Below are positions 1 to 12,586 of a DNA stretch of 64,000 bases, in pieces (within the stretch, counting starts at the first letter, position 1; the number at the start of each line of letters is the position of its first letter). The position numbers were made by a program, and so were the translations under genes. A model generated the notes under the pieces. The model saw only the letters and a program-made list of their open reading frames with translations, made no database searches and was not told the DNA's origin. The stretch is from Octopus sinensis (lineage: Eukaryota): NCBI RefSeq assembly GCF_006345805.1, contig NC_043000.1, forward strand, positions 59,334,001-59,398,000. Reading direction: 5' to 3'.

Positions 1-272
1 TCAGCTGCCAATGAAGACACTGACGTCACAAGTAATTAAGCTTGGAGTATAGCACATAATTTGATTAATTTAGCCTCAAGTCCTCCACGATAGACCAGAT
101 CGAGTCTATTGGTTTGTTACTAGTACTTGTTTTTATCGCAAGGAATAATTTCTGAAACATTTTCAAGATATGTTTTTTAGTTGTCAAAATAAGCATTAAG
201 CTCGCCCGCTACAATTTTTTTTTTACTCATGTTTCATTGCAAAAGAAGCCGACAAGATCCAATAGTGAAATA

Positions 273-1516
273 TATTGAGTTGGTAAGACAGTAATTTCGT
301 TTTTTGCTAATAGATAGAGTTACGATTTTTTTTGAATGACTTTTATCTATGTTATGATTTTTTTCCTTTTGACATTTGATAACCATTATCTGTTAGCTTA
401 CTTTAGAAGCAAATCGCGCGTAATTTTGTTTACAGCTGTTAGTTTAGTATCAATTTTAACATGGAGCACAAAAACGAATATTTTCACCATATATTGCTTT
501 TTTATTTCCGTAAAGGCTAGAAAGCTGCTGAAGCTCACAATGAGATATGTGAAGTTTATGGCGTTGATTGCTTAGAGCACACATGTCAGAAATGGTTTTA
601 AAAATTCCGTTCTGGAATTCCGTTCTGGAATACAAAGCCATAATCAAATCTGATTGTCATATAATTGTGCGAGAGATTGCAGGGAGGTTAAATTCATCAC
701 ACACAACAATTGAAAATCACTTAAAATTTCTTGGACTCGTTAAGAAGCTCGATATTTCGGTTCCACATAAATTGAAAGAGATTCACTTAACACAACGAAT
801 CAATATTTGCGATATGCTTCTCAAATGCAATGAAATTAACCTTTTCTTGAAACGAATCATCACTGGCGATGGAAAATGGATTGTCTATAACATCAATCGA
901 AAACGATCATGGTCCAAGCTTAATGAACCAGCACAAACCACATCGAAAGCTGAATTGCATCAAAAAAAGGTCATGCTGTCAATTTGGTGGGATTACAAAG
1001 GTGTTGCGTATTTTGAACTGATTCTAAGAAACCAAATTATCAATTCAGATGTTTACTGTCAAATGCTAATGAAACTGAAGGAAGTAATCAAAGAAAAACA
1101 GCCAGAATTGGCAAATCGTAAAGGAATCGTATTCCACCATGACAACGCTAGACCACAGACGTCTTTGCTAACTAGTGAAAAATTATTGGAGCTTGGTTGG
1201 GAAGTGATGTCACATCCACCATATAGCCCTGCCCTTGCATCATCAAATTACCATTTATTTCGAAGTTTGCAAAATTCTTTGAATGGTAAAACCTTCAATA
1301 ATGATGATGACTTAAAATCGTACTTGCTTCAGTTTTAGGCTTATAAGGACCAGAAATTCTGTGAGCACGGAATCATGAATTTGCCAGAAAGATGGCAAGA
1401 AGTCATCGAACAAAATGGAAAATATATAATTGATTGAAGTTCATTCATTGTATGAAAAAAAAATTGACTTTTATTTCACACTAAAAAACCGAAATTACTT
1501 TCTTGCCAACCCGGTA
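273..1516 (+). mobile_element. Near full-length mariner (Tc1/mariner, DD34D-type) transposon, transposase degenerate
   Basis: ORF 568-1338 has IITGDGKW, HDNARPQ and YSPALASSNYHLF, matching mariner TGDEKW/HDNARPH/YSPDLAPSDY. Imperfect TIRs ttgagttggtaagacagtaatttcg (275-) and cgaaattactttcttgccaacccgg (-1514), each flanked by TA. Premature stop at 1338. Confidence 0.92.
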
Positions 1517-1924
1517 TTTTGGAAAGTAAAATATTCTGACATCAATAAAAGCAATGAAGGAGTTAACGAAAGCTAATGCAAAATGGACGTTTTCAACCAC
1601 ACATTACATGTAATTACAGACACATGCTATTGGTACAAAAAAAATCAACATTAAAAAAGGAAAACCCACTAAAGAGTGAATTTTCGGTGCTACTTTGGTA
1701 TGCGATCTACGTAACCAACGTGATATACAAGAGTCAAATTCTACTTTAGTATGCGATCTACATGTTTCATTTATTTATCATGGCTTAAATAAAACATTCT
1801 TACATGTTTATACATTTGTTTCAAAAATTAAAATGAGACATTTTGAAACGAGTTTACTAATGCTAGAAGAGTAAAAAATAAATAATTAAAATTTTTATAC
1901 GATAACGATAAACGTCGCCCTTTT

Positions 1925-2186
1925 CAGGCCCGGTTTCTGTAGCGTATGTGTTCCCCCCCAGCTGGACGGGACGTCAGTCCATCGCAGCGTTACTCAAGAA
2001 ACAAGAGTGAGAGAAAGTTGTGACGAAAGAGTACAGCTGGGGTCTCTACCATCCCCTGCCGGAGCCTCGTGGAGCTCTTTTAGGTGTTTTCGCTCAATAA
2101 ACTCACACAACGCCCGGTCTGGGAATCGAAACCGCGATCCTCCGACCACGAGTCCGCTGCCCTAACCACTGGGCCATTGCGCCTCC
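1925..2186 (-). mobile_element. tRNA-derived SINE, family C
   Basis: Minus strand reads GGAGGCGCAATGGCCCAGTGGTTAGGG (A box) ... GGTTTCGATTCCC (B box); homologous copies at 18615 and 45676. Confidence 0.8.
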
Positions 2187-3011
2187 ACATACATTTTATA
2201 CAGTTATTATTAAAAAGAAAATAGAATGAAGCAAATTTAAAACAAGTTTACTAATTTTCCCGTTTATACATTTATTATTAAAATTTATCTAATACATTTA
2301 TTATTAAAAAGACATTCGAAACCGATACAGGTGTTTTCCTTGTTCTTGATAAGTATAACTTTTCTTGTTGTAGATCCCAATATAAAATCTAGATCGCATA
2401 TCAAAGCAATTTCATGACACGTAGATAGTGTACCAAAGTAGTACCGAGTTTTCTTTTCTCCCATCCCCAATTTTTTGTATCAGTCTGAAGAACTAACACT
2501 GTCTGAAAATATAAGAATTTCTTTTGTGAAAGCCATTGTGGTTTTGCCATAAAAGTAAGTTGAAAAAGAAAGAAGAAAAAACAACAAAAAAATACTGTCT
2601 TATAAAATGGTCGTATATTGAAAGACTATAAGAATATTCATATTTCTTTACTATATATTGTATTAAGCGGCTATGTGCTGAGAGTGAGTTCATTGACGAT
2701 AACGATTAGAAATTCTGAACACCTGCTAAAGAATTAATAGTATCTGTATAGGTTATTGCTTCTGATATTAAAATTCTTTTGTATGTTATCCCGGCATATG
2801 CATTCAGTCTGAAGCTTTCGTTCATAGTTATTTGTCTCTTAGTTTATATTTACACTCAAACCAGTTCATTTAAAGATAATTCAAAGCAGCTTTTATGAAA
2901 CTATTCCTTTTTAGAATTTATTAGAAGCAATAAATAAATAAAAGGTGGCTGCTGACTGGTTTTCTAGATTATCGTTAGGCATAATAGTTACCTGTAAGGC
3001 TTCCGTAAAAA

Positions 3012-3855
3012 TAATAATGATTTCAAATTTTGACACAAGGCCAGAACTTCGGAGGGGTGAGTAAGTCAATTATATTGACACCAGCACTCAACTGGTGCTT
3101 ATTTTATCGACCCCGAAAGGGATAAAAGACAAAGTCAGCCTCGGCGGAGTTTGAACTCAGAACATAAAGACGGACGAAATGCCGCTAAGCATTTCGCCCG
3201 GAGTGCTAACGATTCTGCCAGCTCGCCACCTTAAGTATTAATAATGATAATCCTTTCTACTATAAGCACAAGGCCTGAAACTTTGTGGGAGGGGCCAGTC
3301 GATCAGTTCGAGCCCGGTATGCAATTCATCGACTCCGAAAGGATGAAAAGCAAAGTCGACCGCGACGGAATTTGAACTTAGAACGTAGCGGTAGACGAAA
3401 TACCGCCCAGTATTTTCTCCGGCGTGCTAACGATTCTGCTAGCTCGGCACCTTAATTAACAATAATTTTTTTTTCTACTCTAGGCACAAGGCCTTGAAAA
3501 TTTGGGGTGGGGGAGGGGATAGTCGATTACTTCAACCCCGGTATGCAACAGGTACTTATTTCATCGATCCGAAGTCGGCTTCGGTGGAATTTGAACTTAG
3601 AGCATAGCGGCAGACGTAATACCTATTTCTATTTCTTTACTACCCACAAGTGGCTAAACACAGAGAGGACAAACAAGGACAGACAAACGGATTAAGTCGA
3701 TCATATCGACCCCAGTGCGTAACTGGTACTTAATTTATCGACCCCGAAAGGATGAAAGGCAAAGTCGACCTCGGCGGAATTTGAACTCAGAATATAGCAG
3801 CAGACGAAATACCGCTAGGCGTTTCGTCCATCGTGCTAATGATTTTTCCAGCTCA

Positions 3856-3857
<2 letters not shown>
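3012..3857 (-). mobile_element. Head-to-tail cluster of four family-A tRNA-derived SINE units
   Basis: Four repeats of the core (plus strand cgaccccgaaaggatgaaaggcaaagtcgacctcggcggaatttgaactcagaac); B-box-like GTTCAAATT on the minus strand; two different tail types. Resemblance of the core to the Meta/MESC SINE domain is from memory, untested. Confidence 0.85.
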
Positions 3858-3918
<61 letters not shown>

Positions 3919-3966
3919 GATGATGATGATGATGATGATAATGATGATAATGATAATAAAAATAAT
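3858..3966. repeat. (TTA)n followed by (GAT)n/(AAT)n microsatellite
   Basis: Seen directly; explains the poly-Y/poly-I/poly-D ORFs. Confidence 0.95.
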
Positions 3967-3989
3967 GATAGTTTCAAATTTTGGCACAT

Positions 3990-6450
3990 AGTGAGGGGTT
4001 TCAGGGAGCCGAAGCTCGAACCAATTTGCTACCAGTGCAAGCAAGTAGGACATATCGCTAGCAATTTCAAACAGTAAAACGACCAAGAGAGTTACTTCCT
4101 TGATAGCTACCCCTGTCAGCAAGTAAAGACACTCGTACAGTCGTTGCCTAGTTGTGGGGAAGCTGTTAAAGACCTAGTAGACACGGGCTATACAACGACC
4201 TTAATTACTCCGACAGTGGCTAAAAAGTGGAACAGGATGAGTATTGTAAGGGGAGTTCATGGTAGTGAGATTAGATGCAGAGGTAGCAGTGAAGTGGAGA
4301 TGGTGATGCAGGGAACAAAAATAAGGCTCCCAGCAATTGTGACTGACCATGTGGTAAATGGAAGTGATGTGATGATGGGCTTGGATACGATAGGCGCCTA
4401 GGAGGTGACACAGTTAGTGAAGACGGAGTTATTTTTAACGGTGCTGGGGCGCCATGCGCGTTGAGTTTGCAACAGAATAGTTGGGATATCCGTGAAAAGA
4501 AATATGTTGGCAGGGATTTTCAGGCTGCGTTCGAGGGTCATTGGTGGACAGTTGAGTGGCGTTAGAAAGGAGAGCCCCGACGTTAGAGAATAGGGTAAAT
4601 CGTTATCAGTATACTCTGGGATTCAGGGAGCGTATTAGATGTGGAGAGATGGATCAAGGTGAGTATTTTAATCCCTTGGAAGGAAAAAGTAAAGAGCAGC
4701 GTACTGCCGCTAATGGCAGGAGTGCAGCCAACGTAAAACAAAATCAGGCCGGCACTGGAATTTCGAGAGCTGAACGATTACGTATAGTGCTACACGGGCG
4801 GCTAGGTTGCCGATGTCTACAGGGAAACATTGCGAGAATAGAGACAGATGACGAGAGCTTCCAAAATCATCGACTCGAGAGGAAACGAGATTTCGGAACT
4901 GGGCACCAGCGTGAACAGACGAGAACTGTTCTCGATGTGTGGGAGATCTGTGGGTCACTATCCAATCGCGGGTAGGCTCTCCGAGCAGCATGTAGCTACG
5001 TTAAGAGAGGAGCCGACGGGGCGAGCTGGAGGAACAAAGTAGAAGAGAGGATGGTGGCTATGATGCAGGAGATCCTAGAGAGGGTAAGAGCAGAACACCC
5101 AGAAGCTGGTATGTGCTCAAATTGGTGAACTGGGCCATATAATGCGATGCTAGTAGCATAGCGATAAGTATCGTTCTAGTTATAGGGGACGTCGAGGTGG
5201 AGGACGCAGCATGGACAAGGAAAACGGATGATTGCAATCACATCAACGTGGCTGAATTGGACGCAGTGAATCTGGCGCTGAGATGGGGCTGCGTACAATC
5301 GAGATCCGAACCGATTTGGACACTGTGCTTGGGTGGGTTGGATCAATGATCACCGATGAGAGGAGGGTACGAATGAAAGGAGCGGCAGAGATGTTAATAA
5401 AGTGCCGCCTAAGGATTCTGGGAGAGATGGCTGCCGAATTCGGTCTGAAATTGAGCGCGGTTTTTGCCATCGAAAAAGAACAAGGCGGACGTCTTAACCG
5501 GGGTGAAGAGAGCCTGGTTGGCAAGTACCAGTTGATTTGGAGCGAGGGATAGTTGCAGTGTGACAGCTAAGCGACTCAAAGCTAAGAAGCTGTATACCAT
5601 GCATTATGTGAGAGTGGGTAGGACTCTGTAGCTAGCTAAGAAATTTGACTCCGACGTTGCTAGATAGAGCATTCAAAAAGTGGTCGTGAGTGGTGGCAGG
5701 TGTCAATCCATCGACTCTGCTTCGGGCGTAAACGAGGCGGGAAACTTCTCACTTGAACACAACTGGAAATCATTGGCAGTAGATGTGATGCACTACCGGT
5801 AGGGGACGTATCTCTCGATGGTCAAATAGTGATATGTAAGGAAATCAAAATGGGGACTGAAGATGAAGTTGGACGAAGACTGAACAGGATATTCCTGGAA
5901 AATGTGTATGTGGGTGGGGGAAGGCTGTGAATGAATTGCTGATGGACAACTGCACGGCACTTCGCTCGGAGGCGCTGAAGGAAATGCTCGATAAGTGAAA
6001 AGTGAACGGCTTTTCAGAGCGGCGTACAAGCCGAATGGAAATGTGATCATGGAGAGATACCATCGCTCGACCAAACCCATACGGAGAGGGAACATATTTC
6101 ACCAACTGAGGCAGTATTATGGTATAATATGTCACCCTGGTCAGGACATACTGAGGAGTCAGTGCCACACAGCGATATTCAAATTTAAATGGCGACATCT
6201 GTGTACGGTATCACAGCAACTTGTGGAAGTGAGAGAGAGAGAGAGAGAGCCTGCCTTTGTGCAGGTAGGGAATGCAGTGTGAGTCAAGCCTCGGTGGGGA
6301 AGAGGAATAATAACGGCAGTTAATTCTCGAAACAACGTGTCTGTGGATGGAATGCCGCCGTCATGACTTGGTTGTCCACAGGATCGTCGATTTGTCAGAC
6401 AACAAAAGAAGCGGAGAGAATGCAAGCAGTGCTCTATTTCTGCGGAGGTC
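3990..6450 (+). mobile_element. Decayed Ty3/Gypsy-like LTR retrotransposon internal region (gag knuckle, protease, pol and integrase remnants)
   Basis: CYQCKQVGHIAS (CCHC-like knuckle, ~4030); LVDTGYTTTLI aspartic protease motif (4144-4401); integrase-like segment RAAYKPNGNVIMERYHRS (5995-); GC-richer than flanks; many stops and frameshifts; no LTR pair found. Confidence 0.8.
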
Positions 6451-7267
6451 ACAACGAGTGATAAGGTATACCTTCATTAATGCAAATACATTTTTTGATT
6501 GAAAGATTTGCAGATCTCTAGCTATACTTTATAAATTACGCGTTTATGTTAAACGCATTTTTGATATTTGAAATGTAGGGTTTAATAAATTTTTATTAAA
6601 AAAAAAGGAGAATAGTTCAAGTATTTCTTTCAATTAGAGACCATTCCACAAACTGCCTCGAAGGAATTTTACATTTGTCCTTTGTGTGTGTGTGTGTGTG
6701 TGTGTAGAAAAATCATAAAGAGTTTTAGGAAAATTTAATTTGATGTCTAATTTTCACGTTTTGTGTGCGCCTGTGTGCTTTGGAGTAGCGAGCACTCAAG
6801 TTATTACAATAAATGGAGATGGAAGGGCAGTGAGTGGACTGTTGCCATGTGCTGCTTCATAGTTATTCAAAACTCAACACGCAAATATAGAATAGAAGGG
6901 AAGAATGCAAAGAATTAGTTTATTAAAAGAGTTTTAGAATTTCGAAAACTACTAATTGTAGAGAGAGAAAACTAGATAAAAAAAAAATCCATCATTGAAA
7001 AGATTTGTGTTGCCACTGATCTTCATCTTGCAATTCTATAAAATTAGAAGAATGATATTAATAGCCTGAATCTCACTTGAAATTTACCGTTATGCTTTAT
7101 TTTTCTCTGACACGTTGCAGAGAAGAACAAATTTATTTGTTACAAAGCCATTGTTTAGAGATGCGAGAAAGAGATTTAAAGTAAATAATTTATTGCAAAT
7201 AATCGATTAACTGAAAAAACAAAAAACACAAAACAAAACAAAAAATAAACACCGATTTATAAGTCTC

Positions 7268-7470
7268 TTTACTATAGGCACAAGGTCTGACATTTTGGGG
7301 GGAGGAGTTTAGTCTATTTTATCGATCCTAGTGCTCGATTGATGCTTATTTTATTGGCCCTCTAAAGGATGAAAGGCAAAGTCGACCTCAGTGGAATTTG
7401 AACTCAGTACGTAAGAAGTGCCGTTATATGTTTTGTCTGATGCGGTAACGATTCAACCAGCTTGCCGCCG
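7268..7470 (-). mobile_element. Family-A SINE, diverged copy
   Basis: Core aaggatgaaaggcaaagtcgacctcagtggaatttgaactcag plus the type-1 tail. Confidence 0.8.
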
Positions 7471-8956
7471 TACGTCGATTTAAAATTAAAGCAATCTTGG
7501 TAAAGAAAAGTCGCTTAGAAATTAAGTGATGTCATATTGATTTATGATAATTGTACAAGCCATCAAAGTTCTAGAAGTTCTAGAACTTTATATTGTCCTT
7601 AGAATTTCATCGGGACTATATTTTATCTCCCTCAAAAGAATGAGTAGCAAACACGATGATCGTCGAAGGGTCTTGACCTAGAACGGTAAAGTGAGTAATT
7701 AAATACTGTATGACATTTATCCGGCGCTCTGACGATCGTGCCAATCCACTGAAAGCATGGAAAGCAATTAAGTTTTACTGCTATAAACCAGTAGCGTAAT
7801 TGAAATAGCTTATGTGTAAGACTGAGTTCAATCTTCTTTCAGTTGTAATATAGTTTTAAAAAGTCAGTGGAGAGAAGAAAACACTTGGCAAATAAAACAA
7901 CATATAGACGAAAAAGCTATTCTACGATTCTCGTATGATAAGATTTAATCGCAGCATTGTAAACAATAACATTACATGGAATTTTTCAGCTAATTTGATG
8001 TCTTACGGCAGTAATAATGCATAATAGTATAAATCACCCCTTTTCCCCCTCAAGTAGAAGGTCTCAAGGTTTCATAAGATCTCAGCTCTAAACTACGTCG
8101 AAAGTAAGATGCATAAACTAAAGTATGTAATGAAAACAAAACACAAAAATGACTGGAAAATAGTTTATTGTTTACAGGGTTGCAATTGAATCCTATTACT
8201 CGAAAATTATGGAATACTTAAAACAGTAATCTCTAGTGAGTGGAATACTTCGAGATGGTTTCAAAACCTCTGGAGGGAATTTTGTCTTTTAATTGCATAG
8301 ATCATCTCAGCTGATCGAAAATTTTCAACTCATTATATTGCGCACGGGAGGTCCTATTATATTTGTACGCGGGACGTTCTCTTGAGATATTTTCCCTTGG
8401 TCATCTAATTATAACTAATTAGAAAGGAGAAAGAAACAACGTATTATTATACTTCAATGTTGCCCAAAGTAAAGAATCTTTCTGTTTAGTTTAAAATAAA
8501 TGTTGTAAAATCGTGATAATTAGAATCTAAAGTTACGTTTATGAATTTGTGTTGCAAGGTTCCTGATTTGAAAACGTGTTGAAACAGATACTGTTATACT
8601 TCGGGATGGTCATTTTTTTTTTTTTTTTTGCCAAATAAACTCACGCTCTTGCTTCACTTAGAATTGACTAAGCGGAGCAGGAGGATACACGTGAACGGAA
8701 AGGGTCGCTGAAGAAGTCACAGATGCCTGACGAAAGAATTTCGGGCAATGGACATAAGATAAAATAAGAACAGTAATAAACGAGTGATGAACGAATATAT
8801 AGTGCGTGTGTTTATTTAGCAAATAAAATAAAATAAAATGACTATCCCGAAATCTAACAATACAATTTAAAGATATCTCTAAAAAGGTAATTTTCATAAA
8901 TGATTTCAAATCCTTCAATGTTGCTTTCATAACACTGGTCTGCATGATTTTTTTTA

Positions 8957-9856
8957 TTGGCTGTATGGTATCAAGTTGGGGCTGCCATTTTGGAAGATCG
9001 ACGCATAATTATTCGCCAAATAGCCCATGAGGTCAAGATTAGTACCGGGTCTGTGGAAACTATCATTCATGACCATTTGCATATGCAAAAGGTGTCTGCC
9101 AGATGGATTCCCAGGTTGCTCACGCCTTTCCAGAAGCAAGAACGCGTTGAGTGCTCGAGGGTGAATTTGGAGATGTGCCAAGAAGATGAGTCAAAATTTA
9201 TCAAAAGACTGATTATACAGGATGAAACCTGGGTCCATCACGATGATCCAGAGACCAAAGCCCAGTCAATGCAGTGGAAGCACCGTGACTCACCCCCTCT
9301 AAAGAAGGCAAGGGTGCAGCCCTCCGCTGGCAAGGTCATGCTCACAGTCTTCTGGGACCAGGACGGAGTAGTGATGACAGATTTCCTGGCAAAGGGTACC
9401 ACAATTGCAGGAGCCTATTATGCTTCACTTTTGAGGAAATTAAGAGAAGTTATCAAAATCAAGAGGCGGGGCAAGATCAGCAAAAGCATCCTCCACCTGC
9501 AGGACAACGCTCCGGTCCACAACTCGCTTGTCGCCAGATCAGAAGCACAGGCGTATGGCTATGAACTCCTCCCCCACCCCCCTACTTTTCTGACCTTGCA
9601 CCCAGTCATGAAGTTGTTTTTGAAAGGAAAGCGTTTCTCAGATGATGCAGCCTTGATTTCTGAAGTCACGTTCAGGTTGGAGGACCAAGCTGGGGTCTTC
9701 TACAAAAACGGTCTCCAGAGCTGCATCAAGCAATGGGAGAAATGCGTAACTCTGGGTGGTTCCTATGTAGAAAAAGACTAATAACTGTGCCAAGTTTCGT
9801 TGCTCTACAGCTATGGGAAGTGGGTCAGGGGCATTACTTATTGAACGCCCCTCGTA
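8957..9856 (+). mobile_element. 5'-truncated mariner transposon (irritans-like termini)
   Basis: 274-aa ORF with WIPRLLT, IQDETWVH and LQDNAPVH; right TIR cattacttattgaacgcccctcg+TA ending at 9856; no matching left TIR seen. Confidence 0.88.
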
Positions 9857-9904
9857 CCTTATACTGACTTAAATCGTACGTCTAATATATTTTATTTTCA
9901 CTCT

Positions 9905-10600
9905 GTGAATATGTCTAGAGGTTGCATCAATTCATCAGATATATTTTATGTCTGCAGGTAATTCACCCCTTCAGATTCCCGGAGCAATATTACTCCTTTG
10001 TTGAAGCGCTGCTATTTAGCTTATTTTGGCTGCAAACTGGGAGACCAGGACAAACCATTTACACCTCACAAAGCTTGCAAGAATTGCATCAGTAAGCTTC
10101 AAAGGTGATCAGTTGGAAAACTTAAATATATGCCCTTTGGAGTACCAATGGTATAGCGGGACTGCTACTTTTGTATGACTAAAGTAGCTGGATTCAACAA
10201 AAAGACTAAAGATCGCAAAATATACCCAAATATTCCTTCAGCAATAAGGCCTGTTCCAATTAGATTCGGGAATTGATGCAGGACAAGCATTTTGAGGAAG
10301 CATTAGCAGGTGTCGAAGTGAATGTCTGGTTTTCCTTCAAGAAGATTGCCCAAAACTTCTTGGGAAATAGCCAGAGTGTGAAAAAATTATCCAAGACCTC
10401 ATATTAAGTTTCCAACAACTTGGGTCTAGAATGAATGAGAAGATGCATTTTTTGCACTCACATCTTGACTATTTTCCCAAGAATTGTGGGGACTACAGTG
10501 AGGAACAAGGAGAGCGGTTCCATCAATACATTTGCACCATGGAAACTCGATACCAGGGCAAATGGTATCATTTGATGGTCATTGAAACGTGATGGTCTTA
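9905..10600 (+). mobile_element. Internally deleted remnant of a DNA-transposase-like family, superfamily not assigned
   Basis: Hand translation gives YFGCKLGDQDKPFTPHKACKNC (~10020) and MHFLHSHLDYFPKNCGDYSEEQGERFHQ (~10440); a homolog lies at 52380-52830. Confidence 0.6.
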
Positions 10601-11579
10601 ATGTACAACACAATTGGAAACCAAAGCGGTCCTCCTTCCTTTGAATCAATATGTAGGCTACCCATTAGGAGCATATTTCTTACATTCATTATGTTTGATG
10701 TTGATAATTCTGATTCATTTTACGATGAACGTGGTTTATTTCATGTTGATTTGGAAAACATATATTCTTAAAATGTGCTTTTCCTTGATTACTTGCTTTT
10801 AAGGTAACAATTTATTAGATTCATTAATGTAGTTAAATAAAATTATTGAAACTATGCAATCTGCGCCTATGTAGCCAAACTTTATAATCTTCCTATATAT
10901 ATATAATATGTGTGTGTGTACACATACACACACGAACAAACACATGTATAGGGTGTAGTTCATGTTTGATACAACCGCAGACTGTCGAAATACAAACAAA
11001 GCATACTATATAACTAAAAGTTTGCGCAAGTCTAATTCGCTTATAGTCATCAGCTATGCCTGCTTAGCTATAGGAAGGTTGCTGTAAAAATGAAGGAAAG
11101 AAAGATAGATAGAATGCAAAATACTGAGAGAACAAAACAGCGAGAGATCGAAAGAAAGAGAATAAGGGAACGTGGAGGAATGAAAAAGGGAATATATCAT
11201 TGGAATGACTAAGGGAATGCATCAAGGGCTGACCATCAGAAGCAAGCAGAATAGTGGACATAGACCAGTGTCTGAGGATGAACTTCTCATGCAAACAAAG
11301 TGGGAAACGTTAAGAATAGCTGGCTTAGACCAGTTTCTGATAATGCACGTCTCATGCAGAAAAGGTGTAAATGTCTCTGACGACCACGTAGCTGCTGAAG
11401 GAGACGGTGTCTTTGTGCATGCCTTTTTTGTACCGGTTCCCTCTCTACTCGATGAAGGAATTTTTACCGTTCTAGATCCAAGCAGGCATTTCTAACAATC
11501 GTAAATTTATAAAAGTTCACACACACACACGGGCTCTCTTTTGATGGACTCACAGTCAGGACTTATATATATATAAGGA

Positions 11580-12555
11580 CCATTCATTTGTACAGCAGTA
11601 GTAGTCATTGAGGGTTTGGAGACTTTAAAAGCAAAGGTAAAGCTTGAACAATTTTGGATAGTAATTGCCTATGACATGACCTTTCGGTAAGATATATATT
11701 ATAAAAAACACCAATGCCTTGTACTTTAAGCGGTATCATTGCGGCAACGGTAGAACATATTAAATGAGTATAAATATATTGGAATAACACAGTAGACTAT
11801 CATCGTGTATAAGATTCTTTTGAAACTGTTCTTCACTATCTCAGTCTGGTCTATTTTTGTAATTTGCTTCCAAACTGTTGTCATGTTTTATATATACATA
11901 AGACAGGCGTATTTTTTAATTTTTTTTTTTCAAATCCGAAAACCTTTATTCCCTTCGCTGGATCGATTTCTATTATATTACTTTTTAATCTAACATAATT
12001 AAATTTGAAATTTAACGGTTCTGCTTCACACATGTGCTCCAACGTTTTTAAAGCTAGAGGTCATAGTTATAGGATTAAAGATAATCAATGATATTCACGA
12101 TTTTGTAAAAAAAAAAAAAAAAGAGAAGTTTAATTCAGCATATCTTATCAGCATAATAAGCACATGAATATGTTTGCGACGATGTTTTTGTGGTGTTAAC
12201 AAATAGGGTACATATTAATAGTTTATAATGAATAGATCTTGTACTTGACGGCAGAACTTTAGAATATAATGAAAAGTTAATATTAACGAATATAACGAAG
12301 TGTTAAAGCGTTAGAATGAACGCACAAACTTAAATGCAGTAAGAAATAGTTATGTAGATTTTAAAAGGAATAAAAACACTTTTATTATAGCGTCGATAAC
12401 GTAAGTATAGTTCGGAAGATGATTGTTGAGAATGCAATTGGTAGTATTCGCAGATATTGATCCAGCGAACTTCAGCTTTCTTTGATTTCAACGCAACCTT
12501 TTCATATGAACGGAAAGGTTCCTGTTACAGTATATATGCATTCATACATGCATGC

Positions 12556-12586
<31 letters not shown>

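Noticed and set aside
7564-7588. Palindrome aaagttctagaagttctagaacttt resembling an HSE
   Set aside because: Spacing between the GAA and TTC halves is out of phase; a 9-bp tandem duplication explains it, and there is no TATA context.
8647-8728. Exon-like segment on the minus strand (ttctttcgtcag ... GAGC|gtgagt)
   Set aside because: Stops occur in all three frames; it could only be non-coding, and nothing else supports it.
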